From: Paragordius varius
Lineage: Eukaryota > Animalia > Nematomorpha
Length of the DNA: 64,000 bases
Assembly: GCA_964247055.1 (NCBI GenBank)
Contig: OZ176052.1
Location: forward strand, 3,100,001 to 3,164,000
Reading direction: 5' to 3'
How positions within the stretch are numbered: the stretch's first letter is position 1; the number at the start of each line of letters is the position of its first letter. This document shows, piece after piece, positions 12,807-25,216 of the stretch. The notes beneath the pieces are model-generated. The model made no database searches and was not told where the DNA came from. It saw only the letters and a program-made list of their open reading frames with translations. The translations under genes and the position numbers were made by a program.

Positions 12807-15759
12807 TCAAGTTTGAAGGTGTCCGTGAACGGTCTTATTCCAAAGGTCCTTATCTAGACATTTGGTAATGTCGAGGTTTAGTATTTTTATGTCATTTTTA
12901 ATGTTGTCGCTCCAGGAATGTGTTGGGCGTCCTTTGCGGTTGTTTCCAAAGGGTTGTATAAGCTTAATGGTTTGGAGTGGGTGGTCGGTTTGTCTTCTTT
13001 CAATGTGACCCAAGTATTTAAGCCTGCTTCTTTGTATAAACTTTTCTACTGTGTCATTTTTGTGTTTAAGATGAATATTGTAGTCAGAACAGCAAGCTTT
13101 AATTATTTTGTTTTCCGTATTTATCATTTTGTCAAGATTTGTTTTATTTAGGGGCCATGTTTCGGTGGCGTAAGTAAGAGCTGGCCTGACACCTGCTTTG
13201 TATATTAGCCATTTATTATTGTTAGATACATTTTTATTTTTAAGGACAAATTTTAGGGGGTTGACTTTACCCCATGCTTGTTGGATTCGTTTCCGTATTG
13301 CTCCAGTTATATGGCCTTTAGAGTCTATGACGTCTCCTAGGTATGTAAACTGGTTAACTTTTTCTATTGAGTTTTCGTCGATTGTGATGTATGTCGAGCG
13401 TGCTTGAGTTGTATTATTGTTTTTACAGTTGTCACATTTAAAGTTTATTTGTTCGTTGAGTTTGCCGGTGATTTTGGAGCATTTTTTGTGAACCCAGAAT
13501 TTGCATTTGTTGCATTTTATTGAATTTGTTTTGACTTCTTTGTCGCAGATAGTTCATGGATATTTGGGGCGCTACGTACGATCTCTTGATATCATTATTT
13601 TTGTTTTATTAATATTTATTTTCAGCCCATGGTTCTCTAAACAGATTTTCCATGTTCTGAATTTGTTTGACATATTTTCCATTGAAGTATCTGTTAAAAC
13701 GATATCATCCGCGAAGATTAACTCCCAGGGCGGTTGAGTAGATATGTTTTTTGTGATACAGTCTAATATTATAATGAATAGTAATGGACTAAGTACAGAC
13801 CCTTGGTGTAGGCCAGTGTTTGTCTTGAAAGGTTCCGTGTCTCCTATTTGCGTCCGTACCATTGTAGTTGTATTTTCATAAAGGAGTAATATTATTTTTA
13901 TTAAATATTCTTCGATGTAATTTTGTCTTAGGGCCCATTTGATTGTTGCCCTAGGGATATTATCAAAAGCTTCCTCCAGGTCTAGAAATATGTGGAAGAG
14001 TTTTTGGTTTTTTGAAAGGTATTTTTCCTGTAGTTACCTGATTATGAAGATGGCATCTGTAGTGTTGTGTTCTTTACGAAATCCAAACTGATTATTTGTT
14101 ATTGTAATGGTTCTAAGGCGGTTGTCAATGATGCTTTCAAATATTTTGAAAGTGTGTTCTAAAAGTTTTAAGGGGCGGTATGAGGAGCAGACGAGACGAT
14201 CTCCCTTATTTTTATATATAGGGATCGTTATTTTATTCCAGTCATGGGGAATTTCACGTTTGGTAAGAATTTCATTAAAAAAAGTTGTAAGGTAGGATGT
14301 TAAGCATGGTATTGGTTTAAGCAGATCGATTGATAGTTCGCTGTCACCTGACGACTTGTTTGGCTTCATTTTTTGTATTGCTTTTAATACTTCATTTTCT
14401 GTGATTTCGTGGATGGGTCCGCTCGTGGGTAGTTTTAGTGTTAGAGGGATTTTTAAATTGTTGGTTTGGTTCATTGATTCTTCCAAGCTTTCTTTCCATA
14501 TCTTAATTACACTTTCTGGGTTAGAGATTATTTCCTTCATATTGTTTTTTATACATTTGGTTTTAATGATGCCTTGTTTGTTTGAGTTTATATTCTTTAT
14601 GTATTTAAAGATTTTTTTATTTTTAACCTGGTCCTCTAGTTTAGTGGCCAGTTTTAGGCAATTTTCATTTATAGTTTTTCTAATTTCTTTCTGCGCTTTG
14701 TGTTTTGCGATCAGATATGTTTGTCTGTTTTTATCATTGCTATCCCTTTTCCATGCTTTGAAGGCGTCGTTTCTTTGGTAACCTCTTTTAATTCCTTTTT
14801 CCACCACCAATTTTTCTTTTTTTATTGTATGGTTTGCATCTCCCACAAATATTATCTGCTGTTTTAACTATTGTTTTTAGGTAATCCCATCTTGAACCAA
14901 TGGATTCACTGTTTTGCTGGAGCTTTTCGGATGCCTGGTTGATGTATTTGTTCCTGATTGTTTGATTTTGTAGTTTATTGTGGTTGATTTTGGCAGGTCT
15001 TTGGTATAAGGGTTTATTTTTTAGTTTTTTCAAGACTGCAATCACTATTTTGGGTTTAGTGAAGCTAGTTTGATAGGTTTTAATGTTAAGTAATTGTGGC
15101 CGTTTTATTTTAGGCAAAAGGATATAATCTATCATGGTAGATGAGTTTGCTGTTTGAAAAGTGGTAAGTTGATTGTGGTTTTTTGTGAAGTGGGTGTTGG
15201 CTATGATTAGTTGGTTTGCTTGGCAATATTCTAACATCTGTTCTCCCATCTTGTCAGTACTGCCATAGCCGTTTCCACCATGGACTTCTCTGAAATCGTG
15301 TTCATTGTTACTAATGTGACTATTAAAGTCACCTCCTAAGAAGATGGATTCCTTGCCTGGTATTGTATTTGTTAGATCTTGGAGTTCCGTCCAAAATTGT
15401 TGTTTAATTTCGTCTTTTAAACCTGGTTGGGGCGCGTATATCGATATTATATTTAGGATGTAGTCATCGTGCACAACCTTAAGCTGTATTATTCTTTCAT
15501 TGTGTCTCGTTACTTGGATAACGTTTTCGCGAAGACAATTTTTAATCGCTATTGCTACACCAGCCTGACCATTTTCTTGTCCTTGATAATAAAGTGTGTA
15601 ATTGTTCGTGGTAATTAAGTTGTCTCCTTTTAATCTGGTTTCTTGTAAGCAGCAAATGTCGACATTCTTAGATTCGAGAAAATCAATTATCATGTGTAGT
15701 TTTCCATTTAAAGTACCGATGTTCCAGGTAGCAAATTTAAATGCGTTGAGATTATTCAT
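12807..15759 (-). pseudogene. Frameshifted APE endonuclease-reverse transcriptase frame of the LINE
   Basis: Pieces: 15759-14788 (APE: FATWNIGTL, ICCLQETR, GGDFNSH, STMIDYIL), 14846-14034 (RT start: MKPNKSSG, KGDRLVCSSYRPLKLLEHTFKIFE, NQFGFRK), 13862-13572 (GLHQGSVLSPLLF, LIFADDIVL), 13127-12807 (RLKYLGHIERR, RKGRP..W C-terminus). Several frame changes show this copy is inactive. Confidence 0.92.
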
Positions 15760-16106
15760 AATTCAGGTGTCGTGTTTTTTATAATTGTTATATCAGTTTA
15801 TTATTATAATTATTCGGTATTATCGTTATGATGAAATAAAAAGTATTTAATTGGAGGATTTTGTAATAAAGATATAATGTTAATAGTAAGAAAAATTAAA
15901 TAAGATATTAATATATTATTGTTATGATAGTAGGTAGAAGTTATTAAAAATGTAATATCAATTATTATTATCGTTTCGTTAGAGAGTAAGTAGTTTTTGA
16001 ATAAGACGTGTTCATGGTGTATAGATTGAGGCGAGGTTACTTTTCACATGCCCTTGTGAAAAAACTCCTTACGGAATAGATGTTTTTGCAGAACATCCAA
16101 AACTGG

Positions 16107-16177
16107 CCTCTGCTGTTCGTTCACCAAAGGTGATCCGACCAACACCGCGGGGAGGTAGCAGTAGGACTTTGTTGGTC
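16107..16177 (-). ncRNA. HDV-like self-cleaving ribozyme at the LINE 5' end (predicted from structure)
   Basis: Minus strand reads GACCAAC aaagu CCUaCUGCU ACC UCCCCGC GGU GUUGGUC GG aUCACCuuuGGUGAa CGAAc AGCAGAGG. P1 = GACCAAC/GUUGGUC; P2 = CCU(A)CUGCU/AGCAGAGG; P3 = ACC/GGU; L3 = UCCCCGC; P1.1 = CC/GG; P4 = UCACC/GGUGA; J4/2 = CGAA with the catalytic C. G1 (16177) is the first base after the target-site duplication. Confidence 0.88.
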
Positions 16178-16192
16178 AAATTATCATAGGAT
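16178..16192. repeat. Target-site duplication of the LINE (partner at 12773-12787)
   Basis: AAATTATCATAGGAT occurs identically on both sides of the element. Confidence 0.9.
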
Positions 16193-16759
16193 GCCAAAAA
16201 ACCCCAAATGTCGATAATCCTAAAAATTACAATTATACCATATTTTTTTATGATGATTCTATCAGCTAATATTCCAAAATGATAGATATGATTGCGTATA
16301 TAAATATTTTCAAAAAATATTTTTTTATTAATAAAAAATCAAAAATGATATTTTTATCTTCATTTTTTTCTTCCAGCCTAATCTAATATGAAAAAACTAT
16401 ATGCTTTCAAGAAAGAAGTCAAATAGAGAATTGAAACAAATATTTGTTATCAAAAGCCCAAAAAACTAAACAGGCAACACTAAGGGCTATATGAAGGAGC
16501 TTGAAAATTGGTTTATTGAATTATGCCTTATATGAGGAAATATATGTTTAAGGGAGGTGATGAGTTTTTGAAGTGGCTTTTTGAAAAATTTTATCAATTG
16601 AACAAATTTCGCAATGGCGAAAAGCTTTTGGCCTGGAGAGCTTTAGCCAAAGAAATGACCGATTAGGATTCACAATTGAGGGACAAACCCAAAAGATTTA
16701 TGACAACATCCGAGCTTATCAAGCATGACCTGGCTCGGAAGACAGGGAATTAAGCGTTC

Positions 16760-17158
16760 CTCACCTGATACTTATTTTCTCGGGGATAATCGGTAAATAT
16801 CCATCAATCCCTGTTTAACAATTTTTACATTTCATATATTATTTTTAGCTCTGCTGATTCTGTTTTGCACAATATCGCTCTGCCACATACGAATGATAAT
16901 GGGAATCATCGATAATATTTCTCTATCAATCCTTATGTAACAATTATTAAGTATATTATTTTTAGGTTTGCTCACACTAGTCATTCGATATTATATTGTC
17001 TGGTTTCATATATTTTCCCATTATCATTCATATGTGGCAGAGAAAATTTATTTAGACCAGAGTCAGCAAAGCTAAAAATAATATACCGTAAAAATTGTTA
17101 AACAGATTGATAGGAATATATTACCGAATATCCCCGAGAGAATAAGTATCAGGGTGAG
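16760..17158. mobile_element. Foldback MITE with arms of about 140 bp or more
   Basis: CTCACCTGATACTTATTTTCTCGGGGATA ... TATCCCCGAGAGAATAAGTATCAGGGTGAG; the arms are related to the tandem units at 17720-18030. Confidence 0.75.
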
Positions 17159-17164
17159 ATATAA

Positions 17165-19119
17165 GGCCACGTGAATGAGCCTCTTGAGCCGGCTCATTTA
17201 ATTCAGGGAAGTGGGCTTTCCTCATCCTGTTGAAATGGAGTAATTTTTGGGTTTTTTAGAATTAAGTATAAAAAACGAATATATCGAGATTTAAAAGATT
17301 TTTGTGTTCTGATTGTATATTAGCCTAAATAGTAAATTTCATATATGTGTATGGTAGATTATGAAATTTTAAACATGTATCAAAAAATATTTTTTGGGCA
17401 AATGTTTAATATAGGTTAGGAAGTTTTGGCGCTGTATTTATATATTTAGGCAAGAAACACAAGTCAGATAAATTATGATATTAATATGGGACATCTGTGA
17501 AAGGGGTGTTCGTGCTATTAACGCAACACTTTCAACAAAATATTTATTAAATCTTCAAATATAATACCGATATATTTTTTCAAGAATTTAGAACATGTCA
17601 TGCAAATATTTTCCATTCTCACTTGAAACCATTCTAAATGGTAATATCAACAGTAATCCTATAGAGTATTTTAAAATTTGGTTTATTTTGGACATGTTAT
17701 CTCATCCTTATACGTGTGAATCTCGGAGATAATCGGTAATATATCTCTATCAATCCCTGTTTAAAAATTTTTACGTTTTGTATATTATTTTTAGCTCTGC
17801 TAACTCTGTTTTGAATATTATCGCTCTGCCACATACTAATGATAATAATCATCGGTATTATATCTCTATCAATCCTTATGTAACAATTTTTACGTTTCGT
17901 ATATTATTTTTAGCTTTGCTTTCTCTAGTCCAAACAATGTATTTCTTTCATACACTTATTGGGAATAATCGGTAATATATCTCTATCTATCCTATTTAAT
18001 AATTACACCTTTCGTATATTATTTTTGGGATCACACTAAAGACAAATTTTCACGCCATAAAATACAATTTTCACAAATTTTATTCGCATTTGGATTAACT
18101 CTTGTAAATCTTTGTTCACTCATGTAAGATTCCAAAATAAAACAGTAAATATACAACGTACGAATTTGCATATGTGATTAGTATAATAAGTTTGCCTAAA
18201 GTACATAATGAGCATATATAGGGAAGAAACAGATGTTCTCATATGTATCCCAAAATGTAAATGTATATTTATTGTATCATGACTAGAGTTGTGCTGACCA
18301 AGTCATGACCGGGTCATGACCAGGTCAGGAGTATCTATTTTGTGACCATGGTCATTTAAAATAACAGCTGTTTTGAAAAATTGCTGGTAAATTTTTTTTG
18401 GAATAGAGATACTAAGATTATATTGTTAATTGAAATATTTTTTATAAAATATAAATTATATATTGAAATTTGCTTATTTGAAAATATATAATTGTTAAAC
18501 ATGCATCCTTATAACATTATCATTTGAGCATATCCAGTCATTTCGAAAAACAAAATAATCAAGCACTTTGCAAAATATCCAATTATTCCATATGTATGAA
18601 CCAATAAAATGAAAAAACATTTTGTAATTGGATATTTCAATTATGAAATAAAGTGTAAAACAAACTAGGTAAAATTTTATTCGAAAAATCCAGTATTAAA
18701 AGTTGAAGATTCAGAAAGCCACAAACATGTGGCAAAATTTATTTGAAAACAAAATTCTCGATTAAATTTGATTGAATATATTCGTAAATAATAAATATTA
18801 AAAAGTATAATACAAACATAAGGAAAAACATGACATTAATAGTGAAACGCAAGTATCGTTCGAACATTGCTTTCGAATCCAATATCGAATGGTATTTACT
18901 TAGGTAAAAAGTGGTCATGACCATGGTCTGACCGGACATTTTTGAAAAAGCAGTCAAATGCACAACCCTAATCATGACATCAATTCATAAAAAATGGATG
19001 AATTCGTTTTGGAAAAAAGTTCAAAAAAGCCACCTTAAAAACTCCTTCACCTCCCTTAAACATATGTTTCCTCGTAATAATCCATAAATAGCGAATTTTC
19101 AAGCCTATTCACATAGCCC
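17165..19119. mobile_element. Family B TIR element, second copy in the opposite orientation, about 1.95 kb
   Basis: 17165-17700 matches the reverse complement of about 42050-42540. About 19020-19119 matches the reverse complement of about 41081-41190. Contains three tandem units of about 120 bp at about 17720-18030. Confidence 0.65.
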
Positions 19120-19440
19120 TTTTTTGAACTTTGATATCAAAAAATTGTTTCTATTCTCTATTAGACATCATTGGTTAAGGGAATAGCTTTTCATATTTTT
19201 TAAATTAGGCTGGTGGAAATATGATGCAGATTCAAAATATAAAAAATATCATTTTGGATTTTTTTTCCACGAAGAATTTTGCAAATTTAGTGTGAATCCT
19301 AGGTTTCTATCTTTTTATATGTTTTAGCTAATATAATTGATAAAGCAATTAAATACTTATTTTTGAGGCGCCATCTACTTATAAGTTATAATCCAACAGG
19401 ATTAGAGATAGTTATTCTACTTAGTTGCAAATTATATTAG

Positions 19441-19860
19441 TATACCATTTACAGTTCAAATTCACCCTTGAACAATTCAAATTCACCCTTGAACAATTCA
19501 AATTCACCCTCGAACAATTCAAATTCACCCTTGAACAATTCAAATTCACCCTCGAACAATTCAAATTCACCCTAAAAATAAATTATGTGTTTTCGAACTA
19601 ATATAACTCATTATTTATATAAAATATATCTTTATGGCATAATTTATTATTTTTTCAGTATTATTTTAATTAAAACAAAATTTTATTTTTTAAAAAATAT
19701 ATTAAAATATAGGTAATTTTTAATCTTAAAAAACATGTTATTTATTTGAGGGTGAATTTGAATTGTTTGAGGGTGAATTTGAATTGTTCAAGGGTGAATT
19801 TGAATTGTTAAAGGGAGAATTTGAATTGTTTAAGGGTGAATTTGAACTGTAAATGGTATA
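19441..19860. mobile_element. MITE family A, near-perfect foldback copy
   Basis: TATACCATTTACAGTTCAAATTCACCC ... GGGTGAATTTGAACTGTAAATGGTATA, with several 21-bp units on each arm. Confidence 0.9.
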
Positions 19861-21632
19861 TATCCTAGTTTGCAACGGAGACTATAAGAACCCAAATTTT
19901 GTTGGCCTGTATGTAAAACAAAATTTTTTTATAATACATATATAGAAATTAACAATGTAAAACAATAAAAAATAAAATTACTGAAAAAAATTTAAATTCA
20001 TCGTATTTAATAATATATCAAAAATCTTTAGTTAATAATAATTTACGATGTTAAAAAAATTATATTAAATATATTAAGAACCGCTTTATTTTTACTTGTA
20101 TTTATCAATAGATCATAATGTTTATAAAATAGTTTAAATTAATGATAATAACTAGGAAAAAATTACAAATTTTACATAAATATTTTAAAAATTCATTCTC
20201 AAAAAAATTTAGCTGTAGAAACGTCAGAAATATATTATAATTAGTAGATTAACAATTTACAGACAAAAATACAAAAATTATAATTTTATGTAAATATATT
20301 AAAAGCCGCAATATTTTTAACCTGTACTAATCGAAATGTCAAAAATGTATTTCTATTTTTAATGACTAACAATGTAATTGTAAAATGTCAAAAATATATT
20401 AAATACCGCAATATTTTTATCTAATGAGTAATATAATTAATTTTAATTAATGATTAACAGAAAAATATAAAGTTTACATAAATATACTAAAGACGGCATT
20501 ATTTAATATGAAAACATTTAATTTAGTGACCAATACCAAAAAGAATCAAAAAATACCTATTTCACATTATATTTAACATAAACATTATGTGCAAAAAAAT
20601 TTAAATAAAATAATTTTTTTTCATGAGATAGCTTATGACCAGCGTATTCAGTTGCCGTAAAAAATATTTCTGCACTTTGGCTCGCATGCGCAACAAAATT
20701 TACTGCAAAATACAAGTTCAATATCTGTAAAATCCACATCCTTAATTTAGGTTATATCCTTACTATGAGTCATTTTTAATTTTCTGTCCCATTATTTACG
20801 ATGGAATAAAACAATGGAAATATTTATATAATTTATGCATATATCATGCCGCCATATTTTACCATAATTTTTAGAAACTCGTATTTTTTGTGACACAAGT
20901 TTTGATATGAAATTGAACCTATTCCAATGAATAATCATTAATTGCGAATTTGAATATTGTTATAAAGTATAATTTCGAGCATTTTATATAAAAAAAATAA
21001 GAAAATTGGATAATAAATTAATGAAAATTTTAAGTTAAATTCAAAGCAAACATTTTTATGTTAAAGGCTGCCAAAGCATTCTCTCCATACTTATTGAACA
21101 GAATGGATATCGTTAACAGGAGACTATAAAATAATAGTTAGTTGAACTTTTTTCTTTATGCATCGAGAGTTATTAAATCTAACAAAGTATTCTTATAAGG
21201 TGCAAATTAACATGAATGGCTTTTCATTATGATAGAGTATTTCAATACAACTATTTAAATCTATAACAAAAAGCGTTGTTTAAGATAGAACGTGCGGAAA
21301 ACACATCATTGTGATCATTTATAATTAATAAGATTTTAAATGAGTGGTATATGGCAGGCCACAAAACTCTTTATTCGTTTAAGAGAATTTTAAATTAATC
21401 GGTTTAAAATAAAAAATGTCAAATAATGCGGTTATCAGCGGCCCACGGATTTTTTATGTATTCATTTGTATAAAAATCTGAAAATGTGTCAAACAACAAG
21501 GAAATTGTTATCGGTTTTATATGGTGCATGCCCTTGAAACAAGGTGATTTTTGAGGTCCTTTTATATTTTTTGCGAGCATCACTCGTGTGTAAGGTATAC
21601 TTTTAACCAAATAAATGAGGCTTATGATTTAC

Positions 21633-22239
21633 TCTATATATTTATAAAAATGGAAAATGCTGGCTTTGTGATCTGGTACAGGAAAAACGGTAGACCCATT
21701 CAAATCCAAACTTCGAAAAAATATAATCATTAATAAATGCCCCGACAATAGCTCCGCCCTTTTTTGAAATAGGTCCCCAGTTCGGGCCCACTCCGTGTGA
21801 ATAACGGGTATTTTTTTAAAACAGAAGTCCACAAAAATCGTGTCTTTGAGAGAATTTTCCGGAGAACGTGTTGGTCCATTCTATTTCAAATATGATTTTT
21901 GTTTACTTATTTTCGATTGCGCCGAACATAGTCGAGTCACATTTTTGATTTAGGCCCTCTTTTTACCCCCTACCCCCGTAAAATTCCATTTTTTTCAAAA
22001 AACAAAGTCCACAAAAATAATTTTTTAAATCTATTTTTCGCCCTAGGTATGAGACCGTAAAAATTCAATATGGATTCCACGTATTTTCTGTTAAAAGGCA
22101 AAAATTTTAGTCAGGCGTTTACTTTGTGATCTGGTAACGAAAAACCGGTAGACCCATTCAAATCCAAACTTCGAAACCCACCCCCCCAGAAGTCCGAAGG
22201 ACTTCCTCGGGCTGCATAGCAGCACGAGATTTACGCTAG
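21633..22239 (+). mobile_element. Non-autonomous Helitron, copy 1
   Basis: 5' TCTATATATTTATAAAAATGG; 3' hairpins CCGAAGGACTTCCTCGG and GCTGC-ATA-GCAGC about 12 nt before terminal CTAG, followed by T. An internal segment (about 21665-21720) is repeated at about 22120-22175. Confidence 0.82.
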
Positions 22240-23691
22240 TTTTAAATAATAATGAGGGCTGGCATATACTGAAATGGTATGATGAAAAATTTATATCCAC
22301 TATTTTTATGGCCTAAAAATTATCCGAATGAAATATTTTTATCAATATAATACCGACAAATAGTGTGTAACTTCATATGCAGATACTTATAAATTAAATC
22401 AATATCTCGAGATTTTTTTCGGGTTATACATAAATATTTTGACAATAAAATCTTTCACAAAATGAACAGTTTAATTTTAACCAATTATAAAAAATCTGGG
22501 TATCAAAGAAGGCCAAACTAACGTCATATCTTTCTGTCCTTTAACATTTTTAAAAATGCCGTTGATATAAGTTAACAAAACAATAAGCTGCATTATTTTG
22601 GTATTTGACCCATCTTGTCAAAACTCAATACACCTAATTCTTTGCAATTACCTTTAAATAACTCTCTTAAACTAGAATCATTATAATTAATAAATATATA
22701 TAAGTGCGTATGATCAAAACCGAATTTCAAAATAAATAAAATTCCATAATCGGAAAATTGCCTATCGAATATTTGCTAAAAAATAAACAAATATAGATCG
22801 CAATCGATTAAACTTTATGAGACTTCAAAATACTATACTTTAAAACCTATGAAAAAGCACTCCTAGGGCCGCATGTGGCCCGCGGTTATGATTACTGCTG
22901 CTGGATGTATGATAAAATAAATATTATTTAATATGACACAATATTTTTATTATTTACAAATAATAATTGGAAGAATGTCAAATATTGGAATTGTAGTTAG
23001 TATAGCATAAAAAATCATTTGCAAGATTATTGTGATGACTTGGCTTAAATTGTGAAGGGAGTACAGATAAGAACTTAAAAGCTTCATCCTTAAGACGTTC
23101 GCCTAAAATTTTTCACACATATCAAAAACCTGTGCATAATATTATTTTTCCAGAGGTTAAAAATGAGATTGTTTGAGCAAATTTTTCCAGGCATTCGGCT
23201 GATATAAAAGGGGGATCAGCTAATACCAATTCAAAATAATTTTTAAATTTTTGATCAACCTAAATATTAAGTAATGATATATACATATAATGGATAATTA
23301 TAATCATAGTGTACAAAATGGGGATAAAATGAAAATCGGTTATCATATTCAAATAAATATATTTGCCGGTTTTCCAAATTAAATTTTTTAAAGTGATTTA
23401 CTAAAGATGGAGCGCTTAATATGGCTATTCTTAATTATAAAATTGTTAAATTACTTAGAGTTTGGACACGTGTGTTTAATAATTTCTTGAATTAATTTTT
23501 GACTTGTTTCTGGATCATACCAAAATTGACTCAAATTCTAAATATAATTATTAAAACACCCAATCTTCCTCTACAATTTGATTGTCTAATACCAAATTAT
23601 TGAATAATTTCTTAGAGTTTTGAGCTTTGACCAAATTTAAAATATCTTGCGTCAAATATTCCATCTGATCGCAATTTTAAAAACGGCGTGG

Positions 23692-25174
23692 ATGAACAGC
23701 CTGAATGAGTAAATATATTTTTTTTAAAAATAGAATACCATTGCCATCAGAAATTCCGTTACCGCCTGTGAAAATAGCAAATGTCTCGGTTAAAAAGGGT
23801 ATATTAGTTATTATCAAAATAACTTCTCTCTGAGCATGTGTTTATGTATGTCATTTAGTCGTTTTAGATGCTCCCAAACAATCATTTAGCAAATTAAATT
23901 ATCCTATCATTGGGAAAAGAATAAAATTAAAGTACAAAATTTGTAAATTTAGAAAATTTTCTGCTACATTTGAGCAAACGGAGAATGATACTAATAAAAA
24001 AACACAAGAAACGCCCTTAAATTTTAACTCAACAGAATTAGATATTTCTAAAACATCTACTGATTCTAATAATGTTCAGGAAAATTTGTCGCAAAATACT
24101 GATAATGGGTCTGAGAAGAAACGTGTCCGAAAAAGTCGGTGGAGCAATGAACCCCCTGCTGTGTTAATTCCACTACCAGGTTTTAAATCTTTTTTTCATT
24201 TCACATAACCTTTTTTTGTCCGCGATGAAATATTAGGGTAGTTTTATATCCCACAGGTCAATCTAATAAACTTTTATCAAAGTGTTTTTAGTTAATATCT
24301 AACATTTCACGTGTAGGAGATAAAAAAGCTTATTACACTTTTGTGACTTTCAGTGTCTAAAATTGAATCAGCCTCAAAACCAGTTTGAACTAAGCAGATA
24401 TAAATCATTAAATATCAAGTTTTTGCTGTAATCCAACTTGAAAGCTTACTATAGTTAGTTATTTACGATTTGCCGCCATTTTTATTTTTTAAAAAGCTCT
24501 AATACAATAGCCGTATAAATGTATATTATGTTTAATAATGCCATGATGTGTTAATTGGGAATTAATTATTATTTCATAAATGATAAATTATTTATAAAAA
24601 ACTTTTTATTACTTTACCTCCCTTTATTAATAAACGTTCATAAGAATATTTAAAATTTTTTAATCACTGAATTTTGTTAATGGAAAAACAATTTTAAATC
24701 CGAAAAAAGTTTTTGATCTATTTTTCCGAATGATAATAGACAAAATATTTGAAATTTAAAGTGAATAATTTCCCAAAAATTGGTAGTACTATCGCTTTAT
24801 TTGCATGGTTTAACTGCATGCTCTACAAAAAACTTAAATTAAATATAAATTTTTTACAAAAATATTACTCTTGTTTTCTTACATCAAATAATATTTAACT
24901 GTATAAAGCACAAACACCACCTATTAATCCATCTCTGATTGGTGCAAATTCTACCATTCCTTTACCCAGTGGACCGAATATATCATTATCATCGTATGAT
25001 AATATGTCTCAGGATCAGAAAGACCAATTTGAAGAATCTAGAAAAGTTTTTACTTTATTAATTTATATGCAAATTACTAAAAAGTATTTTTCGGATAATA
25101 AAAGTATAAGGGAAATTATAATATTTATGATGCCTTATTAAAAAAATAATTTAAAACAAAATTACATTTGATGC

Positions 25175-25216
<42 letters not shown>

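Larger units (their letters stand above)
12788..16177 (-). mobile_element. Full-length non-LTR retrotransposon (RTE-like LINE, APE endonuclease + reverse transcriptase), about 3.4 kb, decayed copy
   Basis: Bounded by an identical 15-bp direct repeat AAATTATCATAGGAT at 12773-12787 and 16178-16192. It has a 5' UTR of about 418 nt (16177-15760), one interrupted reading frame, a 19-nt 3' UTR and no poly(A) tail. A single APE+RT frame with no ORF1 is the RTE-clade layout. Confidence 0.92.

Noticed and set aside
12918-15784. Plus-strand ORFs (12918, 13198, 13501, 14107, 14356, 15602)
   Set aside because: Antisense shadows of the LINE coding frame.
21000-21610. Possible decayed transposase or other coding remnant on the minus strand
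   Set aside because: Many stops and no motif I can assign.
21551-22300. Short ORFs in Helitron copies (also 45067-45400 and 46726-46914)
   Set aside because: No Rep or helicase motifs; they lie inside non-autonomous repeats.
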